DNA of 63,814 bases, filler included, from Lama guanicoe (GCA_013239625.1; 195 parts of 195 records of this genome joined end to end with filler, not necessarily neighbours in it), one strand, 5' to 3'; shown: positions 20,522 through 34,625, numbered from the whole stretch's first letter. Notes: a model not told the origin generated them from the letters alone. A program made the numbers and translations.

Positions 20522-23500
20522 NNNNNNNNNNNNNNNNNNNNNNNNNNNNNNNNNNNNNNNNNNNNTTAATTAATTAANNNNNNNNNNNNNNNNNNNNNNN
20601 NNNNNNNNNNNNNNNNNNNNNAAGATGAGGCAGACATAAAGGGGGTCTTGAGAGTCGCAAGTGTGTAGGCGAGACAGGTTTTGTGAAGCAGCTATTCCTG
20701 CTAATGACGCCTGAACCAGGAGAGCTATCTGCCAACGTCTTGGGCAAAATTAGGCACTGGTGTGAAGTCTGGTTTTTGCACAGGTGGTTCAGGTGAGAAC
20801 CTTCCGAGCGTAAAGGCAAGGTGTGCGGTGAAACAGTGACCAAACCCCANNNNNNNNNNNNNNNNNNNNNNNNNNNNNNNNNNNNNNNNNNNNTTAATTA
20901 ATTAANNNNNNNNNNNNNNNNNNNNNNNNNNNNNNNNNNNNNNNNNNNNGGACAGGAAGTGCGCCTTCCTCCCGGGGCGACGCTGGGACTGAGGGCGCGT
21001 TGCGGCCATTGTCAGGAGGTGTGCTCCCTGCACTGAACAGACTCCTCATCGATTCACTCGGTGTCTGTGCGATCTGTGTACGCTGAGATCACACGTGGGG
21101 CAGGCTGGGAGGACCCACAAACTCGGGAACCACCCTGAAGTTTGGAAAGAGGAGCTGTGATGATCCCGCCGGCCCCCNNNNNNNNNNNNNNNNNNNNNNN
21201 NNNNNNNNNNNNNNNNNNNNNTTAATTAATTAANNNNNNNNNNNNNNNNNNNNNNNNNNNNNNNNNNNNNNNNNNNNGAGCCAGAACAGTGAGCTTAAAG
21301 GAGGCAGCTAGTGGTTCTGTCAGCAGCGGGAATGCCTCTGGGCAGAGACCTGCAGAGACCCCAGGGAGGGGCCCCGGAGGGCTCTGGGACAGTTTGTTCC
21401 TGAGATCTGTGTGTGTGTGAATGAGAGTGGGTGCACCCTCAGGAGGGTGGACCCGTGCCGGTGAGACACAGGTAATGAAGGCAAAGAGGGCGTGGAGATT
21501 GATATNNNNNNNNNNNNNNNNNNNNNNNNNNNNNNNNNNNNNNNNNNNNTTAATTAATTAANNNNNNNNNNNNNNNNNNNNNNNNNNNNNNNNNNNNNNN
21601 NNNNNCCAGAGCTGCATTCAGGAGGGCCCTTCTATACTCTTCGCCTTTTTTTTTTAAACCTATGCTTGTATTACTTTTGGTGACCAAAAAGAAAACCAAA
21701 AAGAGCAAAGGGAAACACACCTCAGGCCCTGAAGGCAGCTGGTTCTGAGGGTACACCTCACCTCTCCCTGTTACTAGCCCCAAACTCTGAACAAAACACA
21801 CATTCTACAGCGCAGCCTCCTCATCAGGAGAATNNNNNNNNNNNNNNNNNNNNNNNNNNNNNNNNNNNNNNNNNNNNTTAATTAATTAANNNNNNNNNNN
21901 NNNNNNNNNNNNNNNNNNNNNNNNNNNNNNNNNGCATTCCTGTCCATGTCAATGTTCTGTTTCATTTAATTCTTTTTTTCCCTTTGTTGTTCTTCGGCCA
22001 TTGGACCCTGCCCTACCCCAAGATGATGGAGCACCCCCACCCCATCCTGCCTGGTAGTTCGAATTCTAACCACAAGCTTAGCTCTCTCAAATCATTAGGC
22101 AAACCACCCAGACTGCAGCAAGTTGGCACCACTCGCTCGCTCCTGTTTGTTGATCATTGAGNNNNNNNNNNNNNNNNNNNNNNNNNNNNNNNNNNNNNNN
22201 NNNNNTTAATTAATTAANNNNNNNNNNNNNNNNNNNNNNNNNNNNNNNNNNNNNNNNNNNNTTTCTGAATATGCAGTCAAGTAAAGCAAATATTTAAATT
22301 TTTAAAATGAAGTTCACTTATGTCTCTGTCCTGCCCTCACCTGTAGAAATACCAACGTGGCAATGATAGGGAGCCTTTAAGTTACAACTAGTTTCCATTG
22401 TGTATCATTGTTGTTAAAAGAGCCATTTAAAGCTGTGCATGTTGGTTTATGGTTTGATGGTGTTTTCATGATCTTCTTGATGCAGAGAANNNNNNNNNNN
22501 NNNNNNNNNNNNNNNNNNNNNNNNNNNNNNNNNTTAATTAATTAANNNNNNNNNNNNNNNNNNNNNNNNNNNNNNNNNNNNNNNNNNNNGTTGTTGATCA
22601 GGTTGCCAAGTGTCACCTGAAGACTGACATGTGCCTCAGAAGTAAAGACAGGGATGAGAACATATTTGTGAGTTCCAGGAGATGAGGAAACATGCATCCC
22701 ATGTCTGCCTCCATCCACTAGGGGGAGCAGGTTCCTAACACAAACACACTCATGTGTGAAATGCAGGTTTCCCTTTATCTAAACCTTCACTGGGACTTCA
22801 ACATTTCTCCAGGGTAGNNNNNNNNNNNNNNNNNNNNNNNNNNNNNNNNNNNNNNNNNNNNTTAATTAATTAANNNNNNNNNNNNNNNNNNNNNNNNNNN
22901 NNNNNNNNNNNNNNNNNAAATCATAATAGGAAAATGCCAACAGAATAAATCATGGAGGAAATATTAGTAAGAGATCATTTAGGATCATAGAAGAAAGCAA
23001 TAAATAAAATAAAGTAGACTATTTTATATCAGTGAAAGCCAGTATTAGATAAGCAATTTAATGATGGTTCCATTTAGCCCTTAAGAACTAGCCTGTAAAA
23101 TTGGTACCATTATTACCTCATTTGGCAGATTTCTCTGTGAAGATCNNNNNNNNNNNNNNNNNNNNNNNNNNNNNNNNNNNNNNNNNNNNTTAATTAATTA
23201 ANNNNNNNNNNNNNNNNNNNNNNNNNNNNNNNNNNNNNNNNNNNNTCACTACTTCCATTATAAAATGTACTTTTTTTCTTCATGTTTTCTTTACATCTGC
23301 TCAGAAATATGCCAATACATTGATTTAAAACCAAAAATATGTCACTGTCATACATATAAACCCAGTGTCACTTGCTATAAAACCATAACCATATGGATGA
23401 ACACAATGAAAATAAGATAATACAGTTACATTTCAAAGTTTTTAAGTACAAACTAAAATGTTAAAAATCATCANNNNNNNNNNNNNNNNNNNNNNNNNNN

Positions 23501-26229
23501 NNNNNNNNNNNNNNNNNTTAATTAATTAANNNNNNNNNNNNNNNNNNNNNNNNNNNNNNNNNNNNNNNNNNNNCAGTCTTCTCAGTGTTCCCTGAGGGAT
23601 GAATTTGAGCCCAGTTCCTGACATTGGGTTTTTAAATTGAGAAACTTAAGGTTGCGGAACTTATTGCCTTGTTCCCGCGTTGCCCAGCCGGATTCCAGCA
23701 GACTCCTTGTTTATCTTGCCAGAAGGGGTACTACGAGTATCTTTTCCTTGTAAATCTGTAGGCTCTTCCTCTTCCTAACCCAGCATTCCTGACATGTTTT
23801 CNNNNNNNNNNNNNNNNNNNNNNNNNNNNNNNNNNNNNNNNNNNNTTAATTAATTAANNNNNNNNNNNNNNNNNNNNNNNNNNNNNNNNNNNNNNNNNNN
23901 NTTCTCCTAGGGGCTCTGGGCAAAGAAGTCTGTGCCTCCTGAATGAGCATGAAGTGGGGTGACCTGAAGGACCCCCTGCAAAAGCCAGGTGCCCAAGCAA
24001 GAGTTTGAGAAGGAAAGAGAAAGCTGTTCTCAGACACGGTGCTTGGCTTGAATGTGTAGCTGTGTCAGTGCGTCACACAGCGTTGACTTCCCCTGTGTGT
24101 CCCTCTGAGGGTGCTGCTGGCCTCCTAGTNNNNNNNNNNNNNNNNNNNNNNNNNNNNNNNNNNNNNNNNNNNNTTAATTAATTAANNNNNNNNNNNNNNN
24201 NNNNNNNNNNNNNNNNNNNNNNNNNNNNNTCAGTCACTGTATCAGTTACAAATTGCATTCAGCTAGTCGTAAAAGAGAACTGGCTATAATGGATTAGACA
24301 CACATGGGCTTATATTTCTGAAATAATCGGGTCTAGAGTAAGGCAGTTGCTGGCATTGGTACAGCAATTTAAGGATGTAAAGGAGAAAGTCTGTCTTTTG
24401 GTTTTTCTTCATAGTCCCAAGATTACCACTAAAGATATAGGCATCATGTCCTCCTCANNNNNNNNNNNNNNNNNNNNNNNNNNNNNNNNNNNNNNNNNNN
24501 NTTAATTAATTAANNNNNNNNNNNNNNNNNNNNNNNNNNNNNNNNNNNNNNNNNNNNCCCAGGTTCAGGAGGGCAAGGCCTCACTCCCTCTCTGGCTCCT
24601 TCCATCCTGGGGCACCAGGGGCTCATCCGCGACCCACTGGCCTACATGAAGTGTGGAGCCAGACTGGAGGCCTCAGTGTTCAAGCGGCACTCTGGCTTGG
24701 AGGCCCAGGAGCATCTGCCCACAGTCCCTGCCCGGAGCATTACACGGCCCGCCCCCCAGAGGCCAGCAGGGCCACCCCCGGGCCTNNNNNNNNNNNNNNN
24801 NNNNNNNNNNNNNNNNNNNNNNNNNNNNNTTAATTAATTAANNNNNNNNNNNNNNNNNNNNNNNNNNNNNNNNNNNNNNNNNNNNGCCTTGGCAGGTTCC
24901 TGCAGCCAGATTTATTATGACATAAAGAAAAAAACGTAGCTCCTGGCAGTTAATAGGCAGCTGGCCTGTCTGTGCTTATAGAAACCCTATTTACTGGGGT
25001 GGAGCGGGTGGGGGCTTTTATCCCACATTTGCTCTGCCCAAGGCCGTGGGCAGGGCCCGTCTGGCCCATCCATCTTCTTGTGCTCCAGGCCCCCTGGTCT
25101 GAGAGGCCACCTCNNNNNNNNNNNNNNNNNNNNNNNNNNNNNNNNNNNNNNNNNNNNTTAATTAATTAANNNNNNNNNNNNNNNNNNNNNNNNNNNNNNN
25201 NNNNNNNNNNNNNAGACAGAACCGAGAGTCACCATGAGCCAGGACGGCAGCCTCAGCCCACAGAGAAGGCTGCGTCCAGTAAGGACCCAGCCCCCTAGGA
25301 CGCAGACCAAGTCCCCATCAAACCTTCACTGTCCCTACCTCTGATGGTCCAGCTTTAAACTCAAAATCCTGGGCAGAAATCTCTGCTAGCAAGTACCCAC
25401 TTAAACCCATTCAGCAGGGACCCACAGACTTAGAAAGGGGTNNNNNNNNNNNNNNNNNNNNNNNNNNNNNNNNNNNNNNNNNNNNTTAATTAATTAANNN
25501 NNNNNNNNNNNNNNNNNNNNNNNNNNNNNNNNNNNNNNNNNATTCTGGAAAATACATGAAGAAAATAACACTTGATAAGCATAGAAAAGACATTTTTTAA
25601 TGATTGTGAGACAATGTTAGCTAATACTGTATGGTAGCATTTGTGTTTCCCATGATAGGCAGGGCTCTACCAGACTTACATGGACAGCTGCACTGCCCCT
25701 CCAGTGCATCGGGCAGCAGTGTCACCCCCGTTATCAATTAGGAAAATGAAGCGAGGAAGTTGAGTCCTTNNNNNNNNNNNNNNNNNNNNNNNNNNNNNNN
25801 NNNNNNNNNNNNNTTAATTAATTAANNNNNNNNNNNNNNNNNNNNNNNNNNNNNNNNNNNNNNNNNNNNATGTGATTACTTCCAGATGTGCTTAGTTTGA
25901 GGTTTCTTAAGGTAGTTATGTGGACATTTCCAATCAGTACTTGGGTATTATATCTGAAGTGTAGGAAAATTCTCAGTACAGGACGCACAGTACAGGACAC
26001 ACTGGAACGAAAAGGGTGAAATATTTCAACCAATAGTACTTTTATTTAAAAAAAAACAGAAGTAACTGCTTTATGTTAAAAGAATGTTATGAGATAANNN
26101 NNNNNNNNNNNNNNNNNNNNNNNNNNNNNNNNNNNNNNNNNTTAATTAATTAANNNNNNNNNNNNNNNNNNNNNNNNNNNNNNNNNNNNNNNNNNNNGAT
26201 GTCATTTGCTTACTAACAAATCTACACTC

Positions 26230-26425
26230 AGCTAGAGTTGGCTTGAGTGGGTTGGAGGCTGGTAGCTGGGATCCTCTGAAGGGACACTCACTTGTTCACT
26301 CAGAAGTGTGGCATTAATGCCTTCTGAGACTTCAGCTTTGGCTGTAACCAGAATCCTTACATGTGACTTTTCCATTTGGCTTCTAAGCTTTCTCATAGCA
26401 TGGAGGATGGCTCCCAAGGGCGATG
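26230..26425. mobile_element. MaLR (MLT1-family) LTR fragment
   Basis: GCTGGGATCCTCTGAAGG...ACATGTGACTTTTCCATTTGGCTT...TTTCTCATAGCATGG resembles MLT1. Confidence 0.6.
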
Positions 26426-28821
26426 NNNNNNNNNNNNNNNNNNNNNNNNNNNNNNNNNNNNNNNNNNNNTTAATTAATTAANNNNNNNNNNNNNNNNNNN
26501 NNNNNNNNNNNNNNNNNNNNNNNNNGCTCAAGCCCGAGGAGACTTCCCCAGCAGAAGTGAGGAGCGTGAGAGAAAGAAGGAGCAGACAATCAGAGCCGCC
26601 CCTCCCCGGAGAAGCGGGGACCGGGTGACGGAGTGTGCGTCAGCGCGAGTCACAGCGGCTCCGAGGGGCCCAGCGTCGCGTCCAGTGGGCAATGTCCCGA
26701 GGCGCCAGGGCGGCCGGGGTGGTCTGGGTGGCCGCCAGGCCTCGCAAGCCCTCNNNNNNNNNNNNNNNNNNNNNNNNNNNNNNNNNNNNNNNNNNNNTTA
26801 ATTAATTAANNNNNNNNNNNNNNNNNNNNNNNNNNNNNNNNNNNNNNNNNNNNACCTGTACATATGCAGAAGAAAATATATCTCTCTATACTGTCAATCC
26901 AGGCACTAAATTCATTCTGCAAGTTCTTAAAAATGAAAATAAACTCAATTTCCCATGTGGCATATTACATATTGCACCTTTAAGTTTCAGGTATCACTAT
27001 TTGCAAAACCCTCTTTGGGGGAGAGAAGAACATTGTAGCATTTAGATTTCAAATAATTGTAAACCCCCCTTCTCAATTCATNNNNNNNNNNNNNNNNNNN
27101 NNNNNNNNNNNNNNNNNNNNNNNNNTTAATTAATTAANNNNNNNNNNNNNNNNNNNNNNNNNNNNNNNNNNNNNNNNNNNNAGGTTCAAATTCCCCAGTG
27201 CAGCTTATTAAAGCCTTGCTCACCCATCTCCGCTCCCTGCTCACTGCCCCCCACCCCCGCCCAGCCCCCCGCACTGTGCTCTAGCCGTACTCAGGGAATT
27301 AGGAGTATGCTCCCTTAGGCTGGGGCCTTTGCACAGGCTGTGCCCTCTACCAGGAGCACTCTTCTCTCTCATCTGCATCTTCCACCTTCCTCCTGTCCCC
27401 TTCACCTGGNNNNNNNNNNNNNNNNNNNNNNNNNNNNNNNNNNNNNNNNNNNNTTAATTAATTAANNNNNNNNNNNNNNNNNNNNNNNNNNNNNNNNNNN
27501 NNNNNNNNNGGCTTCACACGCCTACCGGTGTGACCATTCCAACTGCCCTGGGGAGGAGGCTGGGATTCCCAGGAACTGGGCCACGGCCCATTCTTTGGCC
27601 TTGGGACCATCACGGCGCCCGCGGGCATGTTGTTTATCCCGCTGTTACAATGAGACAGTGCAAAGCCGGGCTGTGCCACGGAGGACAACTGCCCGGGGGG
27701 CAGCAGCATTTGCCAAGGAACTTGGGCGAGTGAAGGANNNNNNNNNNNNNNNNNNNNNNNNNNNNNNNNNNNNNNNNNNNNTTAATTAATTAANNNNNNN
27801 NNNNNNNNNNNNNNNNNNNNNNNNNNNNNNNNNNNNNATATTACAAATAGGATGTGCTAGCAATGTGTACCATGACACACAAATGACTTAAAGAACGTAT
27901 CATGTCTCGCACATTTAAATAGTACACAGCACAAAATTGTACCCCTAGAAAGGGCAGATGGAATCACTAGGTGAAGGTGAGGAAAACAAGGCTCAAAGCG
28001 GGGTGTACCCGGGAGCCTGCTTTGGCGTCAGAGCCCTCCCCATCCTTCTGTCCTCGGTACCCAAANNNNNNNNNNNNNNNNNNNNNNNNNNNNNNNNNNN
28101 NNNNNNNNNTTAATTAATTAANNNNNNNNNNNNNNNNNNNNNNNNNNNNNNNNNNNNNNNNNNNNAACTTGTACTGGATAGTGGGGAAGAAGAAAGAAGA
28201 GGAAACAAGAATAATTTCAAGGTCTTTAGTTCCTAATTGGTGTTGCCATCTTCTGAAATAGGAAACACTGAGGAAGAACCAAATTATATCAATTGAATTT
28301 TAGTTCCCATGTTTTCTACAGGGAGCACAAATTATTTGGAATTATAAAGACAAAAAGATTTTTAAAATAATAATTATTTAAAGAGCTCGTTTGNNNNNNN
28401 NNNNNNNNNNNNNNNNNNNNNNNNNNNNNNNNNNNNNTTAATTAATTAANNNNNNNNNNNNNNNNNNNNNNNNNNNNNNNNNNNNNNNNNNNNTTTTTTC
28501 TCTTCCACAAACCAAAGAGCTAAATTAAAATAAAGGATTTTATAACCTTTCATTCACTTTGGGAGAGATTAATTTTCTTCCTAGTCAAAGGCATAGATTT
28601 ACTCTGCTGGAATCTCATTTTCTCCATCTTTCATGAGCTCTTACTATTCAGTTCAGAAGTCTTTCCCAACCCCTGGCAGGCCCTTGGTAACACCTATGAA
28701 TGGCTCAAAACCCAGTTTAGANNNNNNNNNNNNNNNNNNNNNNNNNNNNNNNNNNNNNNNNNNNNTTAATTAATTAANNNNNNNNNNNNNNNNNNNNNNN
28801 NNNNNNNNNNNNNNNNNNNNN

Positions 28822-29049
28822 AGAGAAATGCCAATCAAAACTACAATGAGGTATCATCTCACACCAGTCACGATGGCCTTCATTCAGAAGTCCACAAACG
28901 ATAAATCCTGGAGAGGATATGGAGAAAAGGGGACACTCCTCTGCTGTTGGTAGAAATGTAGTTTGGTGCAGCCACTATAGAAAATTGTATGGAGATACAG
29001 CAAAAAACTAAAAATAGACTTGCCATGTGATCCAGCAATCCCACTCCTG
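28822..29049 (+). mobile_element. LINE-1 ORF2 fragment
   Basis: [39 protein letters not shown]...[14 protein letters not shown]. Confidence 0.95.
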
Positions 29050-29477
29050 NNNNNNNNNNNNNNNNNNNNNNNNNNNNNNNNNNNNNNNNNNNNTTAATTA
29101 ATTAANNNNNNNNNNNNNNNNNNNNNNNNNNNNNNNNNNNNNNNNNNNNATGATAAACTTGTTGAAGGCCAAAGTGGTACTATCTTTTCTCCAGTATATC
29201 CCAACCGCTACCATAATTACTGAAATCCAATATAAATGCCTAATGAAAAAGAGGAAGTGGCCAAAGTCTAGGCAGAAAACCTGCCCAGCTCTGAAACTCA
29301 CCTTTCAGAATGTTTTGGGGGTTTTTTCTTCTGCCTATCGTCATCTTAGGTGTGAAGAGGGTCTGGGTGAAGAAGCCNNNNNNNNNNNNNNNNNNNNNNN
29401 NNNNNNNNNNNNNNNNNNNNNTTAATTAATTAANNNNNNNNNNNNNNNNNNNNNNNNNNNNNNNNNNNNNNNNNNNN

Positions 29478-29705
29478 GCACATACGGTCAATCAACCCAT
29501 GAGAAAGGAAACAAAAATAAGTAACAGGGAAAAGTGCACTCTTCAATAAGTGGTGTTGGGCAAACTGGACAGCTAATAGTTAAAGAATGAAAGTAGAACA
29601 TTTTCTTACAACACGTATGAAGACAAACTCAAAATGGATCAAAGACTTAAGTGTAAGACCTGAAATTATAAAACTCCTAAAACAAAATATAGACAGTATG
29701 CTCTA
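29478..29705 (+). mobile_element. LINE-1 ORF2 fragment
   Basis: LFNKWCWANW and NSKWIKDLSVRPEIIKLL motifs. Confidence 0.93.
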
Positions 29706-32101
29706 NNNNNNNNNNNNNNNNNNNNNNNNNNNNNNNNNNNNNNNNNNNNTTAATTAATTAANNNNNNNNNNNNNNNNNNNNNNNNNNNNNNNNNNNNNNN
29801 NNNNNTAGAGATTTAATTGATTCCTCTACTCCAATGCTCTCCTCACTCCAAACACTCTACTTAACAGCCCTGCCATTTAGGCCTTCCTTAAAACAACTTC
29901 TCATTTCACCTGGTTGTTTTTTAGTTGTAAATGTCACAATCTTCTCCACACCCCATCCTAGACTTTTAATCCCTTACTCTACCACTCACTATGTTATTTT
30001 TCTATTACCACTGTAACAAATTTCCATAAGCTTNNNNNNNNNNNNNNNNNNNNNNNNNNNNNNNNNNNNNNNNNNNNTTAATTAATTAANNNNNNNNNNN
30101 NNNNNNNNNNNNNNNNNNNNNNNNNNNNNNNNNCGCACATATCATGAGTGTGATGCTCCATGTATTTTTACAGATGGACGGCATCCAGGCCAGGAACAAC
30201 ATTCCAGCACCCCAGAGGACCCCTCCGATACCCTTATCATCACTGTGCCCCAAGGTTAACCTGTCATGTTTTCTAATTGCATAGTATAATTTTTCCTGAT
30301 TTAGATATTTATAAAAGTGGAATCATAAAGAATGTACATTTTTATGTCTGGTTTCTTTCAANNNNNNNNNNNNNNNNNNNNNNNNNNNNNNNNNNNNNNN
30401 NNNNNTTAATTAATTAANNNNNNNNNNNNNNNNNNNNNNNNNNNNNNNNNNNNNNNNNNNNCCAAGTGATTCTATGCATGGAGTGATGGTGACATGCCTC
30501 CTCAAGAGATGAAGTGTGTGTTTAGAGAGGGAAAAAATCAAACAGTAACAAAGACAGACCAGCCCTGAATTAGAATACACAGTGACTCACACTTTATATG
30601 AGATTGTAAAAAGCATGTGCTCAGTGTATGTGATGTATAATGAAAAATATTGTGAGTAGGTAATGATCATGTGATGTATAGACACTAATNNNNNNNNNNN
30701 NNNNNNNNNNNNNNNNNNNNNNNNNNNNNNNNNTTAATTAATTAANNNNNNNNNNNNNNNNNNNNNNNNNNNNNNNNNNNNNNNNNNNNTTCATAAATCA
30801 AGTCTGTGTGGCACCAGGCCACCTCGAATACATGTTGACGAGGTATGTATTAGCCCTTCAACATCCCAGATCAAAGCCCGCACACGAGCCACACGACCAT
30901 CACCTACACGTCTGCAAAACACACATCATGGTGAAAAGCACTTTTCTTGCTCAGTAGCCGGTGGCAGAGCACTGTGAGCAGACAGAGATACAGGGACACA
31001 GGGACACAGAGGCACCTNNNNNNNNNNNNNNNNNNNNNNNNNNNNNNNNNNNNNNNNNNNNTTAATTAATTAANNNNNNNNNNNNNNNNNNNNNNNNNNN
31101 NNNNNNNNNNNNNNNNNGGCTGTCCTGTGCCGGTGCCCTTCTGGCCCATTGTGCTCTTTTGTGTCAATTTTACAAAAGCCCCCTGCCCCGGGGCACTCAT
31201 TCCCTTGGTGCCGCCAGCCGTGCCCCCAGCGCAGGTCAGGATCCCCCCTGCCCCGTGGCTGGGCAGAAACGGAACACCCAGCACGGTGACCCTGCCGGTA
31301 CCTTGCGCGCTCATCCTCCACCCAGGTCGGCGAAGGATGAGAGCCNNNNNNNNNNNNNNNNNNNNNNNNNNNNNNNNNNNNNNNNNNNNTTAATTAATTA
31401 ANNNNNNNNNNNNNNNNNNNNNNNNNNNNNNNNNNNNNNNNNNNNATACATTGAGGGACACCATACAATTTTTACTATGGGTGGTTGTTACATGGGTGTA
31501 TGCAGTTGTCAAATCTCATAGAATTGAACACTTTAACATCTTTTAGCTGTACTGAATGTAAATTACACCCCTATAAATAAAGTAGTAAATGATGCAGAAG
31601 GAAGGACAAATAGCCCTTTTATATCCCCGGGAAACTCAGAGAGATCGTATTAGGAACCAAAAGGTGATAGTTTNNNNNNNNNNNNNNNNNNNNNNNNNNN
31701 NNNNNNNNNNNNNNNNNTTAATTAATTAANNNNNNNNNNNNNNNNNNNNNNNNNNNNNNNNNNNNNNNNNNNNAGGAAACTGAGGCTCTGAGTGATTACA
31801 CAAGTTGCTCAAGGTCCCAAGCATTTAACCACTGAGCCATGCGGCTTCCAGTGCTCCTGGAGGAACCTACACACCCTAGGGTTTCCTTCTATGAGGAAAG
31901 AGAGCAAATATCTTCTGGGATGTGGGATAGGGATGGTAGCGATAGGGATGGTAACTTTGGGTGGCTGTGATGGCTGGAGAAAGAAAGTAGCTGGGTAACA
32001 CNNNNNNNNNNNNNNNNNNNNNNNNNNNNNNNNNNNNNNNNNNNNTTAATTAATTAANNNNNNNNNNNNNNNNNNNNNNNNNNNNNNNNNNNNNNNNNNN
32101 N

Positions 32102-32329
32102 ACCCCGCCCGGGGGTGGGGGTGAGGGCAAGTCGAGGCGCAGGGGGGCGCGGCCGGTCAGTCCCGGAGTCGGCGGCCGCTCGCCCCGGCTCCCTCCCGCC
32201 GCTGCCGCCGCCGCTCAGGGCAGAACGGGGCGCGAGGCGCGAGGAGACGGCTGCAGGGGCTCCCGCCGGCCAGGCAGCAGTGCCACGGCCGCGCGGGGTC
32301 TGGGGTCGGCTGCGGGCCGTCCCGCCAGG
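32102..32329. promoter_or_regulatory. CpG island fragment
   Basis: Very high GC and CpG content with a GCC run. Confidence 0.6.
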
Positions 32330-32808
32330 NNNNNNNNNNNNNNNNNNNNNNNNNNNNNNNNNNNNNNNNNNNNTTAATTAATTAANNNNNNNNNNNNNNN
32401 NNNNNNNNNNNNNNNNNNNNNNNNNNNNNCCTTCACAACTGTGTAACCATTTCAAATCCCCAACCAATCCTTACTTAATAAACACCCTTACATCTGGTGA
32501 GCTCCAATCCTAATTATTTTTGTTTGAGTTTGTGTTTTATTATACAAATACAATGTTATGAATGATTATTACTTTAATTATTTTAACTTCTATGTGTCTG
32601 AGATCCCCCAGCCACGGCAAAATCATAAAATGAGGTGTTTGAGTTTCTTCAAATGGTNNNNNNNNNNNNNNNNNNNNNNNNNNNNNNNNNNNNNNNNNNN
32701 NTTAATTAATTAANNNNNNNNNNNNNNNNNNNNNNNNNNNNNNNNNNNNNNNNNNNNGGGGTGTCAATCCCCTTCAGCTGCCTCCTTGGACACCATTGGC
32801 CCCTTCAG

Positions 32809-32827
32809 CGGCCACCAGGGGGCAGCG
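32809..32827 (+). promoter_or_regulatory. Consensus CTCF core motif
   Basis: CGGCCACCAGGGGGCAGCG closely matches the CTCF core TGGCCACCAGGGGGCGC. Confidence 0.65.
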
Positions 32828-33741
32828 AGGACCTGGGTTTAGGGAAAGTTCTGTGTTTTGCCTGCCCTGGGTCAGGTCCCACAGCGGCTGCCTCTTGAGC
32901 CCCCTCATGGAGAGCCTGGGGTGCAAGATCCCCATTGCTTCTGCTTCATGAGCCCTTCAATAGAAACACCAATAAGTGTCCCCGANNNNNNNNNNNNNNN
33001 NNNNNNNNNNNNNNNNNNNNNNNNNNNNNTTAATTAATTAANNNNNNNNNNNNNNNNNNNNNNNNNNNNNNNNNNNNNNNNNNNNCCCTAATGTGCGCTC
33101 TAGACACAGTGCCAGGTGGATGGGACAGTGCAGTAGGAAGGCACAAACCTGGTCCCCAACCGCTGGGAAACCTGGCATCAATATTTCACAGACATACACC
33201 GGGCATGGTCCCTGACCTCGTGTGGCCTTGCTGGCTGCCACATCTGTAAAAGAGGATGATAACGCTTTATGGAAAACATCATAGATTCACTCAACACCTT
33301 TGAGGAGACAAGTNNNNNNNNNNNNNNNNNNNNNNNNNNNNNNNNNNNNNNNNNNNNTTAATTAATTAANNNNNNNNNNNNNNNNNNNNNNNNNNNNNNN
33401 NNNNNNNNNNNNNCCTTGTGGGAGGAAAGGGAGGGGGTCCAGGGAGGGCTGGGTTTCCTACCAGAAGGCCAGTGGGACCACCGAACTCTCGACAGTGGGA
33501 CTGGGAGCCACGTTCATGAGGTCACTGGCCTCAAAACAGAAGGTGTCTTCCATTTCCATCCTTCCTCTAAGGCCTCTAAGAGCCAGTAACCTTGTGTGGT
33601 GCATACTCACTGCACAGGTCACCAACATGGGGGGGTGGGGGNNNNNNNNNNNNNNNNNNNNNNNNNNNNNNNNNNNNNNNNNNNNTTAATTAATTAANNN
33701 NNNNNNNNNNNNNNNNNNNNNNNNNNNNNNNNNNNNNNNNN

Positions 33742-33900
33742 TGCAAACTTCTTGCTGTAGGAATTCTTTGTTCCTGTAGCTGTCCACATAGGTCAGGTCA
33801 TGGTGCCCCTGCAAAACCTCTAACAAAACAAATGTTGTTTTCTGTTCTGCAACTTGTCATCTTTATAAAGACGCAAAAGTGTCAACATCCTTCAAGGTCA
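33742..33900 (-). mobile_element. ERV1 LTR fragment (MER41-like)
   Basis: AAACTTCTTG...AATTCTTTGTTCCTGTAGCTGTCCACATAGGTCAGGTCATGGTG...AACAAATGTTGTTTTCTGTTCTGCAAC resembles laurasiatherian MER41-like LTRs. Confidence 0.55.
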
Positions 33901-34397
33901 GGTGGCGTTTCATTGTCTGCCAAACAAAGTATTTTATCTTGCTCAATGATTTCTATAATTTGGCTCCAANNNNNNNNNNNNNNNNNNNNNNNNNNNNNNN
34001 NNNNNNNNNNNNNTTAATTAATTAANNNNNNNNNNNNNNNNNNNNNNNNNNNNNNNNNNNNNNNNNNNNAATGTTTGCCCCTGTATATCTGGTCATGCTT
34101 TCATTTGTTATTGTCACCTTGTTCAGTGCCCAATCACTGTCTTCAAATTCGGTATACACATAATCTTGCAAGAATTGTCTCGTCTATTTGCTTTTCAGCG
34201 GATGTTTCCCACATTCATTAGCTATTCAATTTTTCCCAGTGGTACTTCTGTGCTGTGTCCTGTGGTTGCAGTCTCTGCAGACATTGTCTTCTTGTCANNN
34301 NNNNNNNNNNNNNNNNNNNNNNNNNNNNNNNNNNNNNNNNNTTAATTAATTAANNNNNNNNNNNNNNNNNNNNNNNNNNNNNNNNNNNNNNNNNNNN

Positions 34398-34625
34398 TTC
34401 AGTAGGTTATCTTTTCATTTGTCAATGGTTTCCTTTGCCTTGCAAACGATTTAAATTTAATCAGGTCCCAGGTGTTTATGTTTTTTCTTTTTTGGGTTTT
34501 TTTTTTCAGTTTTCTTTAAGAGACAGATCCAAAAAAATACTGCTATGATTTATGTGAAAGAGTGTCCTGCCTATGGTTTCCTCTAGGAGTTTTATGGTTT
34601 CCTGACATATTTAAGGCTTTACTCC
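34398..34625 (-). mobile_element. LINE-1 ORF2 fragment
   Basis: ATGGTTTCCTTTGC...TATGATTTATGT.AAAGAGTGTCCTGCCTATG.TTTCCTCTAGGAGTTTTATGGTTTC is antisense L1. Confidence 0.9.

Noticed and set aside
34070..34297. Minus-strand QDYVYTEFEDSDWAL, reminiscent of an RRM RNP1 motif (PABPN1-like)
   Set aside because: The similarity is too short and is broken by stops; it cannot be supported without BLASTX.
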